From Bacillota bacterium (GTDB taxonomy: Bacteria; Bacillota; DTU065): a stretch of DNA of 64,000 bases. Numbering within the stretch: the first letter of the stretch is position 1; each line of letters starts with the position of its first letter. Both the position numbers and the translations under genes were made by a program. The notes below the pieces were generated by a model. It worked only from the letters and a program-made list of their open reading frames with translations, was not told the DNA's origin and did not search any database. The stretch is from NCBI GenBank assembly GCA_028708605.1, contig JAQVYS010000001.1, positions 10,928 through 74,927 of the forward strand, given 5' to 3'. Shown piece after piece: positions 38,050 to 47,778 of the stretch.

Positions 38050-38272
38050 TATATGTCTCTCCCTCTTATTGAGATTTATTCTCAATAAATGATACCCTAT
38101 TTGAGACCTATTGTCAATAATCGAAAGCCCTACTTACAAATAGTCCTTGCTCTGTGCAAAAATTAGTGAACCTTAATCATTAAAATCTATTCGTTTATTT
38201 TTTCGTCCTTGAAGTAAGTCTAGGAAAAGACTGATATGTAATTAATTAAATTAATCAATTTCAAGAGGTATA

Positions 38273-38623
38273 TTGATGGTATCTATTGTTCACCACGTTG
38301 AAATTTTCAATAATCTTGTCGATAGATTCATTCTTCCAGATGCTTTGAAACAAGATCCTAACGGACTTACCCCTTCTCAATACAAGATTCTCTACTATTT
38401 ATATACTCACATAAATGTACATCCAAGAGACTTAGCTCATGCACTAAATATCACATCACCTGCAGCAGCCTATGCTCTCCAAAGACTAAGTGGGGATGGT
38501 TTTGTGGAGATGGCATCTTCTACTGAGGACAAAAGAGACACGGCTGATTTCTGGATTAATCAAAATAACAAGTTGGTCTGTATCTATATTAGATATATTA
38601 CAGATAGATTAAAAGATAACTAG
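38273..38623 (+). CDS. MarR-family winged-helix transcriptional regulator, divergent from feoAB.
   Basis: 116 aa. LTPSQYKILYYLYTH.....PRDLAHALNITSPAAAYALQRLSGDGFVE is a MarR-type wHTH. Confidence 0.65.
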   Translation: MMVSIVHHVEIFNNLVDRFILPDALKQDPNGLTPSQYKILYYLYTHINVHPRDLAHALNITSPAAAYALQRLSGDGFVEMASSTEDKRDTADFWINQNNKLVCIYIRYITDRLKDN

Positions 38624-38704
38624 TTTCTAGACACAATCGAAGTCACTCGAAATATTATTGATATCCAATAACGAACTGGTTAAAAAAGAATACCCGACGA
38701 TAGA

Positions 38705-38741
38705 TTAGGCCGCTGCAAAAACAAACGGCCTAATTTTTATT
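38705..38741 (+). terminator. Rho-independent terminator after the marR-like gene.
   Basis: Stem TTAGGCCG/CGGCCTAA with a 13-nt loop, then TTTTTATT. Confidence 0.5.
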
Positions 38742-38834
38742 CTAGAGTTTAGTCCTAGTTTGGCTATTTAAAACTTATCCCACTCAAGGATATCCTTTCC
38801 ATCCTCAAGTGGGATAAAAGTATGTTAAAATTTT

Positions 38835-39575
38835 CTACACTCCAAAGATATGATTGACAAAGAGCATGAAAATCACACCTAACATAAACGAAAAAGTCGC
38901 CTCTTCCACATACCCATGACCATGGGACTCTGGAATCATTTCTCTAAAGGTTACATAAAGCATAGCACCAGCGGCAAACGCTAATGAAAATGGAATTATT
39001 GCCTGCACATAGCTTACCATGAACAGCCCGATCATCGCTGCTATTGGTTCAACAAGACCCGTTAAAGTTGCAAGCAGGAGTATTTTCCAGACAGATAACT
39101 TTGATTCTAGAAGTGATGCCGCTATTACTAACCCCTCTGGTGCGTTCTGCACCCCGATTGCAATTGCAAGAGCTATACCCATGCCTGGAGCGTCAGATGC
39201 AAAGCCTACGCCAACTGCAAGCCCTTCAGGGATGTTGTGCAGAGCAAGAGCGGCTATAAGCAAAATCGCCCTTCTTGCAACAGTTTTGTCTGTAGATCCA
39301 AAAAAGCGCTCATAGTCAATATTAGGGGTGTATCTTTCGAAAATACCCAAGATTAAAGCCCCAAAAAGCACACCTAAAAGCACCTGGTAAATCGAACCTT
39401 CCTCTAACGCAGGAATAATCAAGTTAAACGCACTTGCCGCTACCATAACCCCTGCAGCAAAAGCCAAAAGAATATCTCTTAACTTATGCGAGACTTTCTT
39501 TAGAAAAACTATAGGCAAAGCCCCCACGCCTGTGGCTAGTCCTGCAAACAAACTAGCCCAAAATGCTGTTCCCAT
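38835..39575 (-). CDS. zupT: ZIP-family (ZupT-like) divalent metal transporter.
   Basis: 246 aa. Eight TM helices with HNIPEGLAVG and HNAPEG motifs. Confidence 0.85.
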   Translation of the reverse strand: MGTAFWASLFAGLATGVGALPIVFLKKVSHKLRDILLAFAAGVMVAASAFNLIIPALEEGSIYQVLLGVLFGALILGIFERYTPNIDYERFFGSTDKTVARRAILLIAALALHNIPEGLAVGVGFASDAPGMGIALAIAIGVQNAPEGLVIAASLLESKLSVWKILLLATLTGLVEPIAAMIGLFMVSYVQAIIPFSLAFAAGAMLYVTFREMIPESHGHGYVEEATFSFMLGVIFMLFVNHIFGV

Positions 39576-39602
39576 AATACCCCTCTACTCACTCCTATCC
39601 TT

Positions 39603-40031
39603 CTAGTTGATCGTCTCTAGTGCATCCACAAGTTCAGCGGTTGTAGGCGATCCTTGTTTTGCGTATTGAATATTTTTATTCTCGTCTAAAATATATACTG
39701 TCCGGATAATTTTCCCTTCTTCTGTAGCTGCTTTATATAATTTAGCAACCTCTTTATTTGTATCCACACAAAGTGGAAAATCTAACGTATATTTGGCTGC
39801 AAATTTTTGATGACTTGCAAGCGACCCATAATTTATGGCTATAACATTCACATTTAAACTCTTATACCCAGTCAAATTGTCTTGAGCTGCACACAGTTGT
39901 TTGGTGCATCCTGGGGTATTGTCCCTTGGATAAAAAACTATCAAGACTTTCCCTTCAATTTTACTTAAAGCTACGGGACCTTTGGTACTTTCCAGATTAA
40001 AGTCTGGGGCTTTAGCTCCTATACTAAGCAA
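39603..40031 (-). CDS. bcp: Thiol peroxidase / peroxiredoxin Bcp (PrxQ type).
   Basis: 142 aa. FYPRDNTPGCTKQLC holds the peroxidatic and resolving Cys in a thioredoxin fold. Confidence 0.85.
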   Translation of the reverse strand: MLSIGAKAPDFNLESTKGPVALSKIEGKVLIVFYPRDNTPGCTKQLCAAQDNLTGYKSLNVNVIAINYGSLASHQKFAAKYTLDFPLCVDTNKEVAKLYKAATEEGKIIRTVYILDENKNIQYAKQGSPTTAELVDALETIN

Positions 40032-40033
40032 GG

Positions 40034-40624
40034 CTATACCTTCTTTCTAACAAATTCATATAGACTCCAAATGGCTGCAATTTCTTGCATCGACCAATCA
40101 AACCATCTATCACTTGTCGGTCCAGGCACATCCTCTATTACAGTACCTGTCTCTACTCCATAACTTTTCTTTTCTAACACCTCTTGAACTCGCTCTAAAG
40201 AAGCTTCAACAAGATTATCTCCTTTAGTAAGCCAAATGGTTTTTGGCGAGCCAAACTCCATTATTGCTCTGGCAAGCGTTACTTTCTCTTTCGACTCAGC
40301 TTTGGCAATAAGCTTTACAAAAGAGCCAAAATAGCCCACCCCAACTGCGATATGAGCATAACCTTTGTAACCTCTAGCAGATGGACTAAGCGCCACCCAA
40401 GTTTCGTCAGGAGGATTTACAGTTCTTCTTGCATGTTTGGCAACATGATAGTGGACTATTTCTCCAGTCTCCTTGGCAATAGCTTCTGTAAGTCTTTCAC
40501 CTAGGAGTTCTAACTTTGGGGAAACTCTAGATCTTATCTCTGTCATCCGCTCCGCAAAGGTCGGTATGGTAAATATTTCCAAATCCCTTGATGTAATAAA
40601 CTGAGTAGAGTCTTTTTCTAGCAT
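40034..40624 (-). CDS. DUF1054 / YktB (UPF0637) family protein.
   Basis: 196 aa. The pattern resembles YktB. It is 2 nt upstream of bcp, so the two are probably co-transcribed. Confidence 0.5.
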   Translation of the reverse strand: MLEKDSTQFITSRDLEIFTIPTFAERMTEIRSRVSPKLELLGERLTEAIAKETGEIVHYHVAKHARRTVNPPDETWVALSPSARGYKGYAHIAVGVGYFGSFVKLIAKAESKEKVTLARAIMEFGSPKTIWLTKGDNLVEASLERVQEVLEKKSYGVETGTVIEDVPGPTSDRWFDWSMQEIAAIWSLYEFVRKKV

Positions 40625-40754
40625 TAGCTTTCCTCCTTTGTTAATAATTACTAAATAGTAACTTTTGGCTTACTTATACCCCAAATTTACTACAGTTAAC
40701 TATTACGTATTTTTTTATTATGCACTCAGTAGTTATCGTATCTAAAATTCGTGT

Positions 40755-40777
40755 CAAAAAAGGGAGCCTAGCTCCCA
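40755..40777 (-). terminator. Rho-independent terminator downstream of the ADP-ribosylglycohydrolase gene.
   Basis: Stem GGGAGC/GCTCCC with loop TAG, then TTTTTTG on the minus strand. Confidence 0.5.
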
Positions 40778-40811
40778 ACTACTTAATAGTTTCGCTTGCT
40801 CCCTTATATCA

Positions 40812-42155
40812 TCACTTTTTTAAGAGTTCTAAAGTCTGACTCGCCAAATCCGAGATTTTAACCTTACTGTAGCCCTGAACACCTGTATAGAGGGTATCGT
40901 TAATTGGCTCTTTCCATTTATTAGGAATCTCCTCTGCTCCAAGTAAAGTGCCTAAAATTGAGCCAGCTGTTGCACCGTTACAGTCTGTGTCCCATCCTCC
41001 CATTACTGCGATAGATACAGTCTTAGAAAAGTCCAGATTTCCATAAACAAGACCTGCTACAACAATTAACGCATTATTTATCGTATGCACTGGGTTATAT
41101 GAACCATATTTCTCGTAGATAAAATCTAAACCTTTTTCGTAGTCAGATTCATTACTTGCAAAATCTATAAAGTCTCTAATTGCAACGGCTAAACGGCAGT
41201 TTTCAGGGATCTGCCCTAAACCTGCCTGGATAATTCCTGAAATAGAGTCCTCTACAAATGCGGCAGCAATTGCTGCTGCTACAAACATCTCTCCGTAGAT
41301 CCCGTTTTTGGTATGAGAGATACAGGCATCTCTGTAGGCATATTCAGCAGCTAGCTCTGGATTTCCAGGATTTACATAGCCCCAAAAATCCGCACGAATC
41401 TGTGCACCAATCCACTCTCTATAGGGATTGCGATAGAAACCAGAATCTGGTGGAGAAATTAGGTTGAGTAGATTTCTGTAAGCAATCCTTTCAGCAGTAA
41501 AGGTGTGAAAAACTGGTAAATGTAGCATCCAAGTGTTAGCCACATCTTCCGGCTTAAAATCTCGTCCAAATCTCTTAAAAATATCTAAACCTATAACAGT
41601 GTAATTAAGATCATCGTCTTCTGGCATACCATCAAAGTTTTTATAGCTATAACCTTTTAACGAGAGACCAAGCTCATGCTTATTCATAAAATCCTCTGAA
41701 TAATCAAAATCAAGATAACTATTCATCGGATAACGATTTTGTTCTTCTAGGACGTTTTTTATTCCTGCTCTGCCTTTTGCCATGCCATAGCCTTCCCAAG
41801 GTTTTCCTAACCAACAGCCAGCAGATCTGCCAAGCCACGCACCAGAGAGTTTGTCTAACAAAACTTCATCGTCTAAAAGTATTGCAGTGCGCTTTTTTTG
41901 GTTAGGTCTTTTTGAAAAGATTTCATCTAGTGAATCTGGTTCATCATAGGGAAAATCTTTTGTAACTTGACGTGCTTGCAAGTCATCAACTGCTTTTAGT
42001 GCTTCATCGCCATCCAAGCCTTCTTGGATTCCAGTAGTATCCTTACCTTCTTCTTTTGCTTGAATAAGCTCCAAGTTAAGAAGCTCCTTTGGCATAAAAT
42101 AAGATATCTGCACTCTACATCCCCCTATTATGTTAAGTCTTTTTGCATCTCCCAT
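40812..42155 (-). CDS. ADP-ribosylglycohydrolase (ARH/DraG) family protein with an acidic N-terminal extension of about 90 aa.
   Basis: 447 aa. N-terminal LSGAWLGRSAGCWLGKPWEG and C-terminal GGWDTDCNGATAGSILGTLLGAEEIP match the two metal-binding motifs of the ARH family. Its start overlaps the end of the GNAT gene. Confidence 0.75.
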   Translation of the reverse strand: MGDAKRLNIIGGCRVQISYFMPKELLNLELIQAKEEGKDTTGIQEGLDGDEALKAVDDLQARQVTKDFPYDEPDSLDEIFSKRPNQKKRTAILLDDEVLLDKLSGAWLGRSAGCWLGKPWEGYGMAKGRAGIKNVLEEQNRYPMNSYLDFDYSEDFMNKHELGLSLKGYSYKNFDGMPEDDDLNYTVIGLDIFKRFGRDFKPEDVANTWMLHLPVFHTFTAERIAYRNLLNLISPPDSGFYRNPYREWIGAQIRADFWGYVNPGNPELAAEYAYRDACISHTKNGIYGEMFVAAAIAAAFVEDSISGIIQAGLGQIPENCRLAVAIRDFIDFASNESDYEKGLDFIYEKYGSYNPVHTINNALIVVAGLVYGNLDFSKTVSIAVMGGWDTDCNGATAGSILGTLLGAEEIPNKWKEPINDTLYTGVQGYSKVKISDLASQTLELLKK

Positions 42156-42655
42156 CTTGTTACCTTATAACCAAGGTTCTGATAGAGATTCACAGCGGCA
42201 AAATTAGTAATCGTTACTAATAATTTGACACTCTTTGCCTTTCGCTCAAGAAAGTACTCTTCTCCTCTTTCCATTAACCTCTTGCTAAACCCTTTTCCAC
42301 GAAGCGCCGGAACCAAGTAAATTTCTTCAACTGAACCAAAAACACCATATTCGTTAGTATCATATATCTTACACCAAATAAAACCACCAATAACTCCTGG
42401 ACTAATCTCTAAAACAAAGATACCATGCTCGAAAGGATTAAGTTCAGCTTCTTGCAGACGTCTTTTTTGCTCTCTCAGAAAGTAGGGGTTGATCTGAAAT
42501 CCAACAAAATTTGATGTAAAGAGGTCTTCCTGCCAGCATAAGATAAAGTCTAAATCTGTCTTAAGATTAAAATCTCTTATCCTAGGCTCTGAGTTTTCAT
42601 CTTTGCTGCCTATAACTTTTCTAAAAATCTTCTGGAACAGATTTTCTTTTGTCAT
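42128..42655 (-). CDS. GNAT-family N-acetyltransferase.
   Basis: 175 aa. Acetyl-CoA-binding motif RGKGFSKRLMERGEEYF in the GNAT fold. Confidence 0.7.
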   Translation of the reverse strand: MTKENLFQKIFRKVIGSKDENSEPRIRDFNLKTDLDFILCWQEDLFTSNFVGFQINPYFLREQKRRLQEAELNPFEHGIFVLEISPGVIGGFIWCKIYDTNEYGVFGSVEEIYLVPALRGKGFSKRLMERGEEYFLERKAKSVKLLVTITNFAAVNLYQNLGYKVTRWEMQKDLT

Positions 42656-42714
42656 GTTATTCGCTCCCCGACTAGTCGAGTGCTATCTCCTTTCTGAGCT
42701 AAAGCCAAAGTTAT

Positions 42715-43965
42715 TTACGGTTTTTTTGCATGTAATTGTGCAAGGGCATTACTTATTGGAGTATAGTCTTTTGGTAAGAGCCTTTTTGCTCTATAAAGAC
42801 AAAAACAAGCTCTATCCCAATTACCCTTGGCTAAAAAAGCAAGTCCAAGATTATGATAGGCTTTACCTGAATCTGGATCTATTAAAAGCGCTTTTTGAGC
42901 GTATTCGATCGCTAAGTCATACTCTAGTTTATAGAAGCCATAAAAAGCTGATAAATTGATTAATGTATCTTCTCTTAACTCATCAAGATGGTAAGATTCA
43001 TGTATCATTCGTTCTGCAACATCCAAATCTCCGTCTTCTGCTAAAGCAAGGCAGTAATTATTAAGAAGCTTTATTAGTAGATCAGATGATTCGGTATCAG
43101 AAATCAAAAATACCGCTTTCTTATAATGTTCTAGGACTCCCTCTAGATTATCTGTATCTTTAAAAAACAGATCCCCTGCAAGCTTATGGAGCATTGCACT
43201 GTCAGGGTTTATATCTAACGCGGCTTCAACTTCCTCAATCGCCAGTTCTACTTCGCCAATCCGTTCTAAGATAAGACAAGCATTAAAGCAAAGCAGTACA
43301 TGACCAGGATTCAAGTCTAGACCACCTAAAAAATAACTTATTGCTAGTTCTAGATCATTTAAAGCCATATAAATAGAACCTAGACCTAGATATATGTCAG
43401 GATTTGTAGGTTCTTCTTTTAAAAGACATGTGTACCAATCAAGCGCCTTTTGGAACTTATGTTGATTTAAAAGCGCTTCAGCAAATTTTAATCCCAAATC
43501 CCTGTTTTCTTTTCTCTTAAAAAACCATGGGTTTTGGCTATAAAGCATTATTAGAATTTCATTAGCTTCAGTAAGTTCATTGTCAGCCAATGTTGCAGCT
43601 AACTGGCTAACCAAGCTTTGTTCATCACTGGAATTTATGGTTGTAATTTGACCGTTGTATAGTTGAGAAACTTTATTTTTTATTAGACCTGCTCGATTAT
43701 CTAAATTTAACACAACCCAGTTACCTATTTTGCCTTCTAACGAATTTAGTAACTTAATTGAGTGTAAGCCCTTATTCTTAAGAAAACTAGTTAAAGCCCT
43801 ACCTGGCAACACTTCACTGTATAATTTTGGATCGTACCAGGTTGAGCGAACTTTAATGGTATTGACCGCCTCTTTTACTAGGGGCTCTTTCTCACCGCCA
43901 AGTAACTGGCAAAGAAATTCTTCACATTCTTTATCTGTATTAAATTGCATATAGAGACTCTCCAA
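42715..43965 (-). CDS. Tetratricopeptide (TPR) repeat protein.
   Basis: 416 aa. The C-terminal two-thirds consist of tandem 34-residue TPR-like repeats (AxxYxxLGxxY... patterns). Confidence 0.7.
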   Translation of the reverse strand: MESLYMQFNTDKECEEFLCQLLGGEKEPLVKEAVNTIKVRSTWYDPKLYSEVLPGRALTSFLKNKGLHSIKLLNSLEGKIGNWVVLNLDNRAGLIKNKVSQLYNGQITTINSSDEQSLVSQLAATLADNELTEANEILIMLYSQNPWFFKRKENRDLGLKFAEALLNQHKFQKALDWYTCLLKEEPTNPDIYLGLGSIYMALNDLELAISYFLGGLDLNPGHVLLCFNACLILERIGEVELAIEEVEAALDINPDSAMLHKLAGDLFFKDTDNLEGVLEHYKKAVFLISDTESSDLLIKLLNNYCLALAEDGDLDVAERMIHESYHLDELREDTLINLSAFYGFYKLEYDLAIEYAQKALLIDPDSGKAYHNLGLAFLAKGNWDRACFCLYRAKRLLPKDYTPISNALAQLHAKKP

Positions 43966-44336
43966 GCTTTATCACCTCTATCCAATATTTAAGTATATGC
44001 AGTTTCCTAAAATTAGCAAGTTAATTTTCTCAGGCAGTCTATTTTTTTCCATTTTTGGCTCCTAATTAAAGTCTTTCCAAATTATTGTTACATATGCCTC
44101 GATGAGTTAAAGCTAAAGTTGTAAATTTAACCCAAAGTTAAAAGGATATCCAGTAAATATACCTAAATTATCATTAACACCAAAACTTATTTGTTAAGTC
44201 AAAAAGTTTTATATTTCTTGTAAAGGTGGTGAAAGGCCAAAGCTAGGCTTCTAAAACCTCATTAGTAAAGCATACCAATCTAAAGTTTTAGTAGAATCAG
44301 ATAAATAACGCTTAAATTAAGGCTTTACACTTAATT

Positions 44337-45446
44337 TTGAGGTTAGCTTTGACTTCTGGCAAACTTATGGAACCTTTGCATCTAGATAGACTACCTCTAG
44401 AAAATTTAATTGATAACCTTCAAGCTCCCATTATTATAACAGACGAGAGAGGAGATATTAGGCTTATCAACAAAGAAGCACTACATTTATATGAATGCAA
44501 ACAAAGAAGTGATTTCACTTCAAATATCTATAACCTGTTTTCCTTAGAGGATGAAAAGAAACGCTTTAGAAGCTCGTTACAATTTAGTATTAAGCTAGGG
44601 GAACTGTCAAATCGGTTCTTGGCCAAACACAAAACTGAACAAGGTAACGCCCTTGATATTAACCTAAAGTGGACATATATAAAAACTCCTTGTCCTTGTC
44701 TGGTCTTTTTCGCCCAAGATATCACAAACTTAAAGCAAGTAGAAAAAGAAAGTTTAAATAAGCTGCGTCAACTAGAAGCAGAGATTGAAAGACGCAAAAA
44801 AGCTGAAAAGAATCTTAAGATAACCCATAAGAAATTACTAGAACAGATCTCTTTGCTTAAAGGTCAGAAGAAAATCAATGAAGCTATGTTAAGAGAACTA
44901 GTTGCAACTAATGAAGTTCTTGAACGTCAGACAATCGAGGATTCTCTTACAGGAATTTATAACAGACGTTACTTTTCCCAATCCTTAGAGTCCGAGATAA
45001 TCAGAGCTAGGCACTTAAATGAGCCAATTGCCCTGCTACTTATCGACCTAGACTATTTTAAGAAAATCAACGACACCCATGGCCATCTAATTGGAGATGC
45101 AGTTTTAAAAATCGTGGCTACCACGATCCAAGATTTAGCTGGTCCAAGTAACATACTTTGCCGTTATGGCGGAGAAGAATTCGGGATTATCTCCCTAGGT
45201 ACTAATATTGAAGAAGCTGAGAAATTAGCCCATAAAATCTCAGATCATTTAGCTCAAAACCCCATTGCAGTCGATCACCAGAAAGTGACTGTAACTGTAA
45301 GTATTGGGGTAAGTTCCATCCTCCCGAGTAGATGGAAAGCTCCTATAGAGGTCATTTTAGACAATTTGTTAAAAACGACCGATAAGGCACTTTATAAAGC
45401 TAAATCAGCAGGTCGAAATACCGTTGAGGTATATAAACGCACCTAA
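44337..45446 (+). CDS. Diguanylate cyclase with an N-terminal PAS sensor, a coiled-coil linker and a GGDEF domain.
   Basis: 369 aa. The active site reads RYGGEEFGII and the I-site-like motif is RxxD. A PAS-like segment is at the N-terminus. Confidence 0.85.
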   Translation: MRLALTSGKLMEPLHLDRLPLENLIDNLQAPIIITDERGDIRLINKEALHLYECKQRSDFTSNIYNLFSLEDEKKRFRSSLQFSIKLGELSNRFLAKHKTEQGNALDINLKWTYIKTPCPCLVFFAQDITNLKQVEKESLNKLRQLEAEIERRKKAEKNLKITHKKLLEQISLLKGQKKINEAMLRELVATNEVLERQTIEDSLTGIYNRRYFSQSLESEIIRARHLNEPIALLLIDLDYFKKINDTHGHLIGDAVLKIVATTIQDLAGPSNILCRYGGEEFGIISLGTNIEEAEKLAHKISDHLAQNPIAVDHQKVTVTVSIGVSSILPSRWKAPIEVILDNLLKTTDKALYKAKSAGRNTVEVYKRT

Positions 45447-45542
45447 TCAAAAAACATGCAACACCCTGATTAGAGTGCAACTTAGAAATCTTTGATAGCA
45501 AGTAGTTTTTCGAATGACAACCCTCAATGAGCAAAACAAAGA

Positions 45543-45595
45543 AAAGACCAGATAGGAGTAAACACGCTTCCACTGGTCTTTTTTGCTACCCAAGT
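45543..45595 (+). terminator. Candidate rho-independent terminator after the GGDEF gene. The loop is long.
   Basis: Stem AAAGACCAG/CTGGTCTTT with a 21-nt loop, then TTTTG. Confidence 0.4.
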
Positions 45596-45618
45596 TTCTG
45601 TTTATTATGTCTATATTG

Positions 45619-45960
45619 TTAAACTAAACTTTCCACTGGCCGCATCTCGATATACCCACGCCACCCCATCGAGGTAAGTTGCGTTCTAGGAGCAAGCTCC
45701 TCGGCGTACTGGTAACCGTAGACTTCAGGGTTAAACTTTTTTATCCGCTCCATGCAAATGTTAACCGCCTCACTAAAATCTTCATCATTGTACGGTTCTC
45801 CTAGGAACACCAAGAGTTTAGAGGACATAAGATCGATCACAGCAAAGCGACCTAGGATCTCCACCTTGTAGTCTGCAGGAACTTCAACACCATGCGCGTA
45901 AACACCCGTTCCTTTAGTAAGCATATTCTCTAGCAGCCACAGACCAACTGGCTCGTACAT
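45619..45960 (-). CDS. Hypothetical protein; possibly a gene remnant.
   Basis: 113-aa ORF with no recognisable motif and no clear RBS. The overlapping 65-aa ORF at 45930..46127 was judged spurious. Confidence 0.3.
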   Translation of the reverse strand: MYEPVGLWLLENMLTKGTGVYAHGVEVPADYKVEILGRFAVIDLMSSKLLVFLGEPYNDEDFSEAVNICMERIKKFNPEVYGYQYAEELAPRTQLTSMGWRGYIEMRPVESLV

Positions 45961-46157
45961 CGCTTCTTTGATTCTGCAAAGAATAGCCTACGGTGTGGAC
46001 ATGTTGTTTTACCCACAACCCATCTTCTCACAATAAGCAACAAGGAGTCTTCCAGAAACCTAAGAAAATTCGGCATAGCAGATATAGTACCTACTATGCC
46101 GAATTTATCAATGTACCTTAAACGCACACTCTTTAAGGTTTTTTATGACCTTTTAAA

Positions 46158-46364
46158 TTACTCTAAAACCTTATAACCTGATTCTCTGATCGCCTGCCTA
46201 ATTCCATTAAGGCTTACTACCTGTTCATTAAATGTGACCATAGCTGTGCTAGAAGATAAATCTATATCAGCAAACTCTACTCCATCTAGAGTCCTAAGCT
46301 TAGCAAGTAAAGCAGTAACACAGCCCATGCAATTCATACCGTCGACTTTGATATCTAGTTGCAA
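46158..46364 (-). CDS. copZ: Heavy-metal-associated (HMA) domain protein, CopZ-like metallochaperone.
   Basis: 68 aa. GMNCMGC is the metal-binding loop in a ferredoxin-like fold. Confidence 0.75.
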   Translation of the reverse strand: MQLDIKVDGMNCMGCVTALLAKLRTLDGVEFADIDLSSSTAMVTFNEQVVSLNGIRQAIRESGYKVLE

Positions 46365-46471
46365 TCTGCCACCTCCTAAGAAGAACCTTAATCATAACAC
46401 TAATATTGTTGATTAAATGCTACTTAATTATGACCTTAGGGGCTTAATAAAACCGCAGATTACACACCTAT

Positions 46472-47686
46472 TTACTTATCTAAACCAAAAACAGCATGAA
46501 GAGTCTGCACAGCCTTTTCAACTAACTCACAAGAGATTACTGTGGAGATACTAATGTCAGAGGTACTAATCATCTCAATATTGATACCATTTTCAGCTAA
46601 TGACTCAAACATTTTTGCTGCAACACCTGGATTGGTGAGCATACCTGTTCCTACAATAGATATCTTTGCTTTATTATCATCACGCTCAACAAGCCCAGCG
46701 GACAACTCACCCATCATGGAAGTAGCCACTTCTTCAGCCTTTAGAGCATCATCTTTACTAACAGTAAAAGAGATATCTGCCAAACCTTCTTTACTAGCAC
46801 TTTGAACAATCATATCAACATTTACCTCAGCTGCTGCTAGCTTTGTGAAAATTAGTGCAGCTACACCAGGTTTATCAGCGACTCTAGCAATAGTTACCTT
46901 AGAAATCTTATTGTTGTGGGCTACACCTACAACGATCCTACCTTGCTCCAAGTTCTCCCCTCCTTTAACAACTGTGCCTGGGTTTTCATTAAAACTGGAA
47001 CGTACACGAATAGGTACATTATATTTTTTCGCTAATTCTACGGCTCTAAGGTGCAACACTTTGGCTCCAAGACTAGCCATCTCTAGCATCTCATCATAAG
47101 AGATCTCATCATGCTTTTTTGCATTTGGTACAAGTCTTGGATCTGCAGTATATACGCCATCGACGTCAGTATAAATCTCACAAACGTCAGCTTGTAGAGC
47201 AGCTGCAAGTGCTACCGCAGAGGTATCTGAACCACCACGGCCCAAAGTAGTGATATTATTTTTTTCATCCACACCTTGGAATCCTGCAACAATAACGACC
47301 TGACCTTTTGCTAATTCCTCTTTTATTCTCTTTGAAGAAATCTCTGTGATTTTAGCTTTTTGAAAAGCTCCATCAGTTTTAATTCCTACCTGGGCGGCTG
47401 TTAAAGAGATAGCTTTGCCACCTAAATCATCTATTGCCATTGCTAAAAGAGCAATAGAGATCTGTTCTCCTGTGGCAAGTAACATGTCTACTTCACGAGC
47501 GCATGGATTTTTAGCAACACCTTTTGCTAAAGCTAAGAGTTCATCGGTCTTTCCTGCTGGGGCAGAGACTACGATGACCATCTGATGTCCTTTGTTTTGA
47601 GTATATAAGATTCTCTCCGCGACGTTGCGGACTCTAAGAGCATCAGCTACAGATGTTCCTCCGTATTTTTGAACAATTATTCCCAA
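46472..47686 (-). CDS. lysC: Aspartate kinase.
   Basis: 404 aa. N-terminal KYGGTSV, the amino-acid-kinase fold and two C-terminal ACT domains. Confidence 0.9.
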   Translation of the reverse strand: MGIIVQKYGGTSVADALRVRNVAERILYTQNKGHQMVIVVSAPAGKTDELLALAKGVAKNPCAREVDMLLATGEQISIALLAMAIDDLGGKAISLTAAQVGIKTDGAFQKAKITEISSKRIKEELAKGQVVIVAGFQGVDEKNNITTLGRGGSDTSAVALAAALQADVCEIYTDVDGVYTADPRLVPNAKKHDEISYDEMLEMASLGAKVLHLRAVELAKKYNVPIRVRSSFNENPGTVVKGGENLEQGRIVVGVAHNNKISKVTIARVADKPGVAALIFTKLAAAEVNVDMIVQSASKEGLADISFTVSKDDALKAEEVATSMMGELSAGLVERDDNKAKISIVGTGMLTNPGVAAKMFESLAENGINIEMISTSDISISTVISCELVEKAVQTLHAVFGLDK

Positions 47687-47778
47687 GACAGGCCACCTCC
47701 CTCAAAACATTGTAAGTTTTTCTATAATTATTAATACTATCCTGCTTGATCTGTTGTGTATACACGAAATGCAAGTAA

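Noticed and set aside
38086-38272. Fur box upstream of feoAB.
   Set aside because: Fragments such as TCAATAAT resemble half-sites, but no convincing 19-bp GATAATGATAATCATTATC-like match was found. Left as an unspecified palindrome.
45930-46127. 65-aa ORF.
   Set aside because: No RBS, low-complexity translation, and it spans two strong hairpins. Judged non-coding.
47687-47778. Lysine riboswitch (L-box) upstream of lysC.
   Set aside because: The intergenic region is only 92 nt and contains a single simple hairpin. It is too short, and it lacks the multi-stem L-box architecture.
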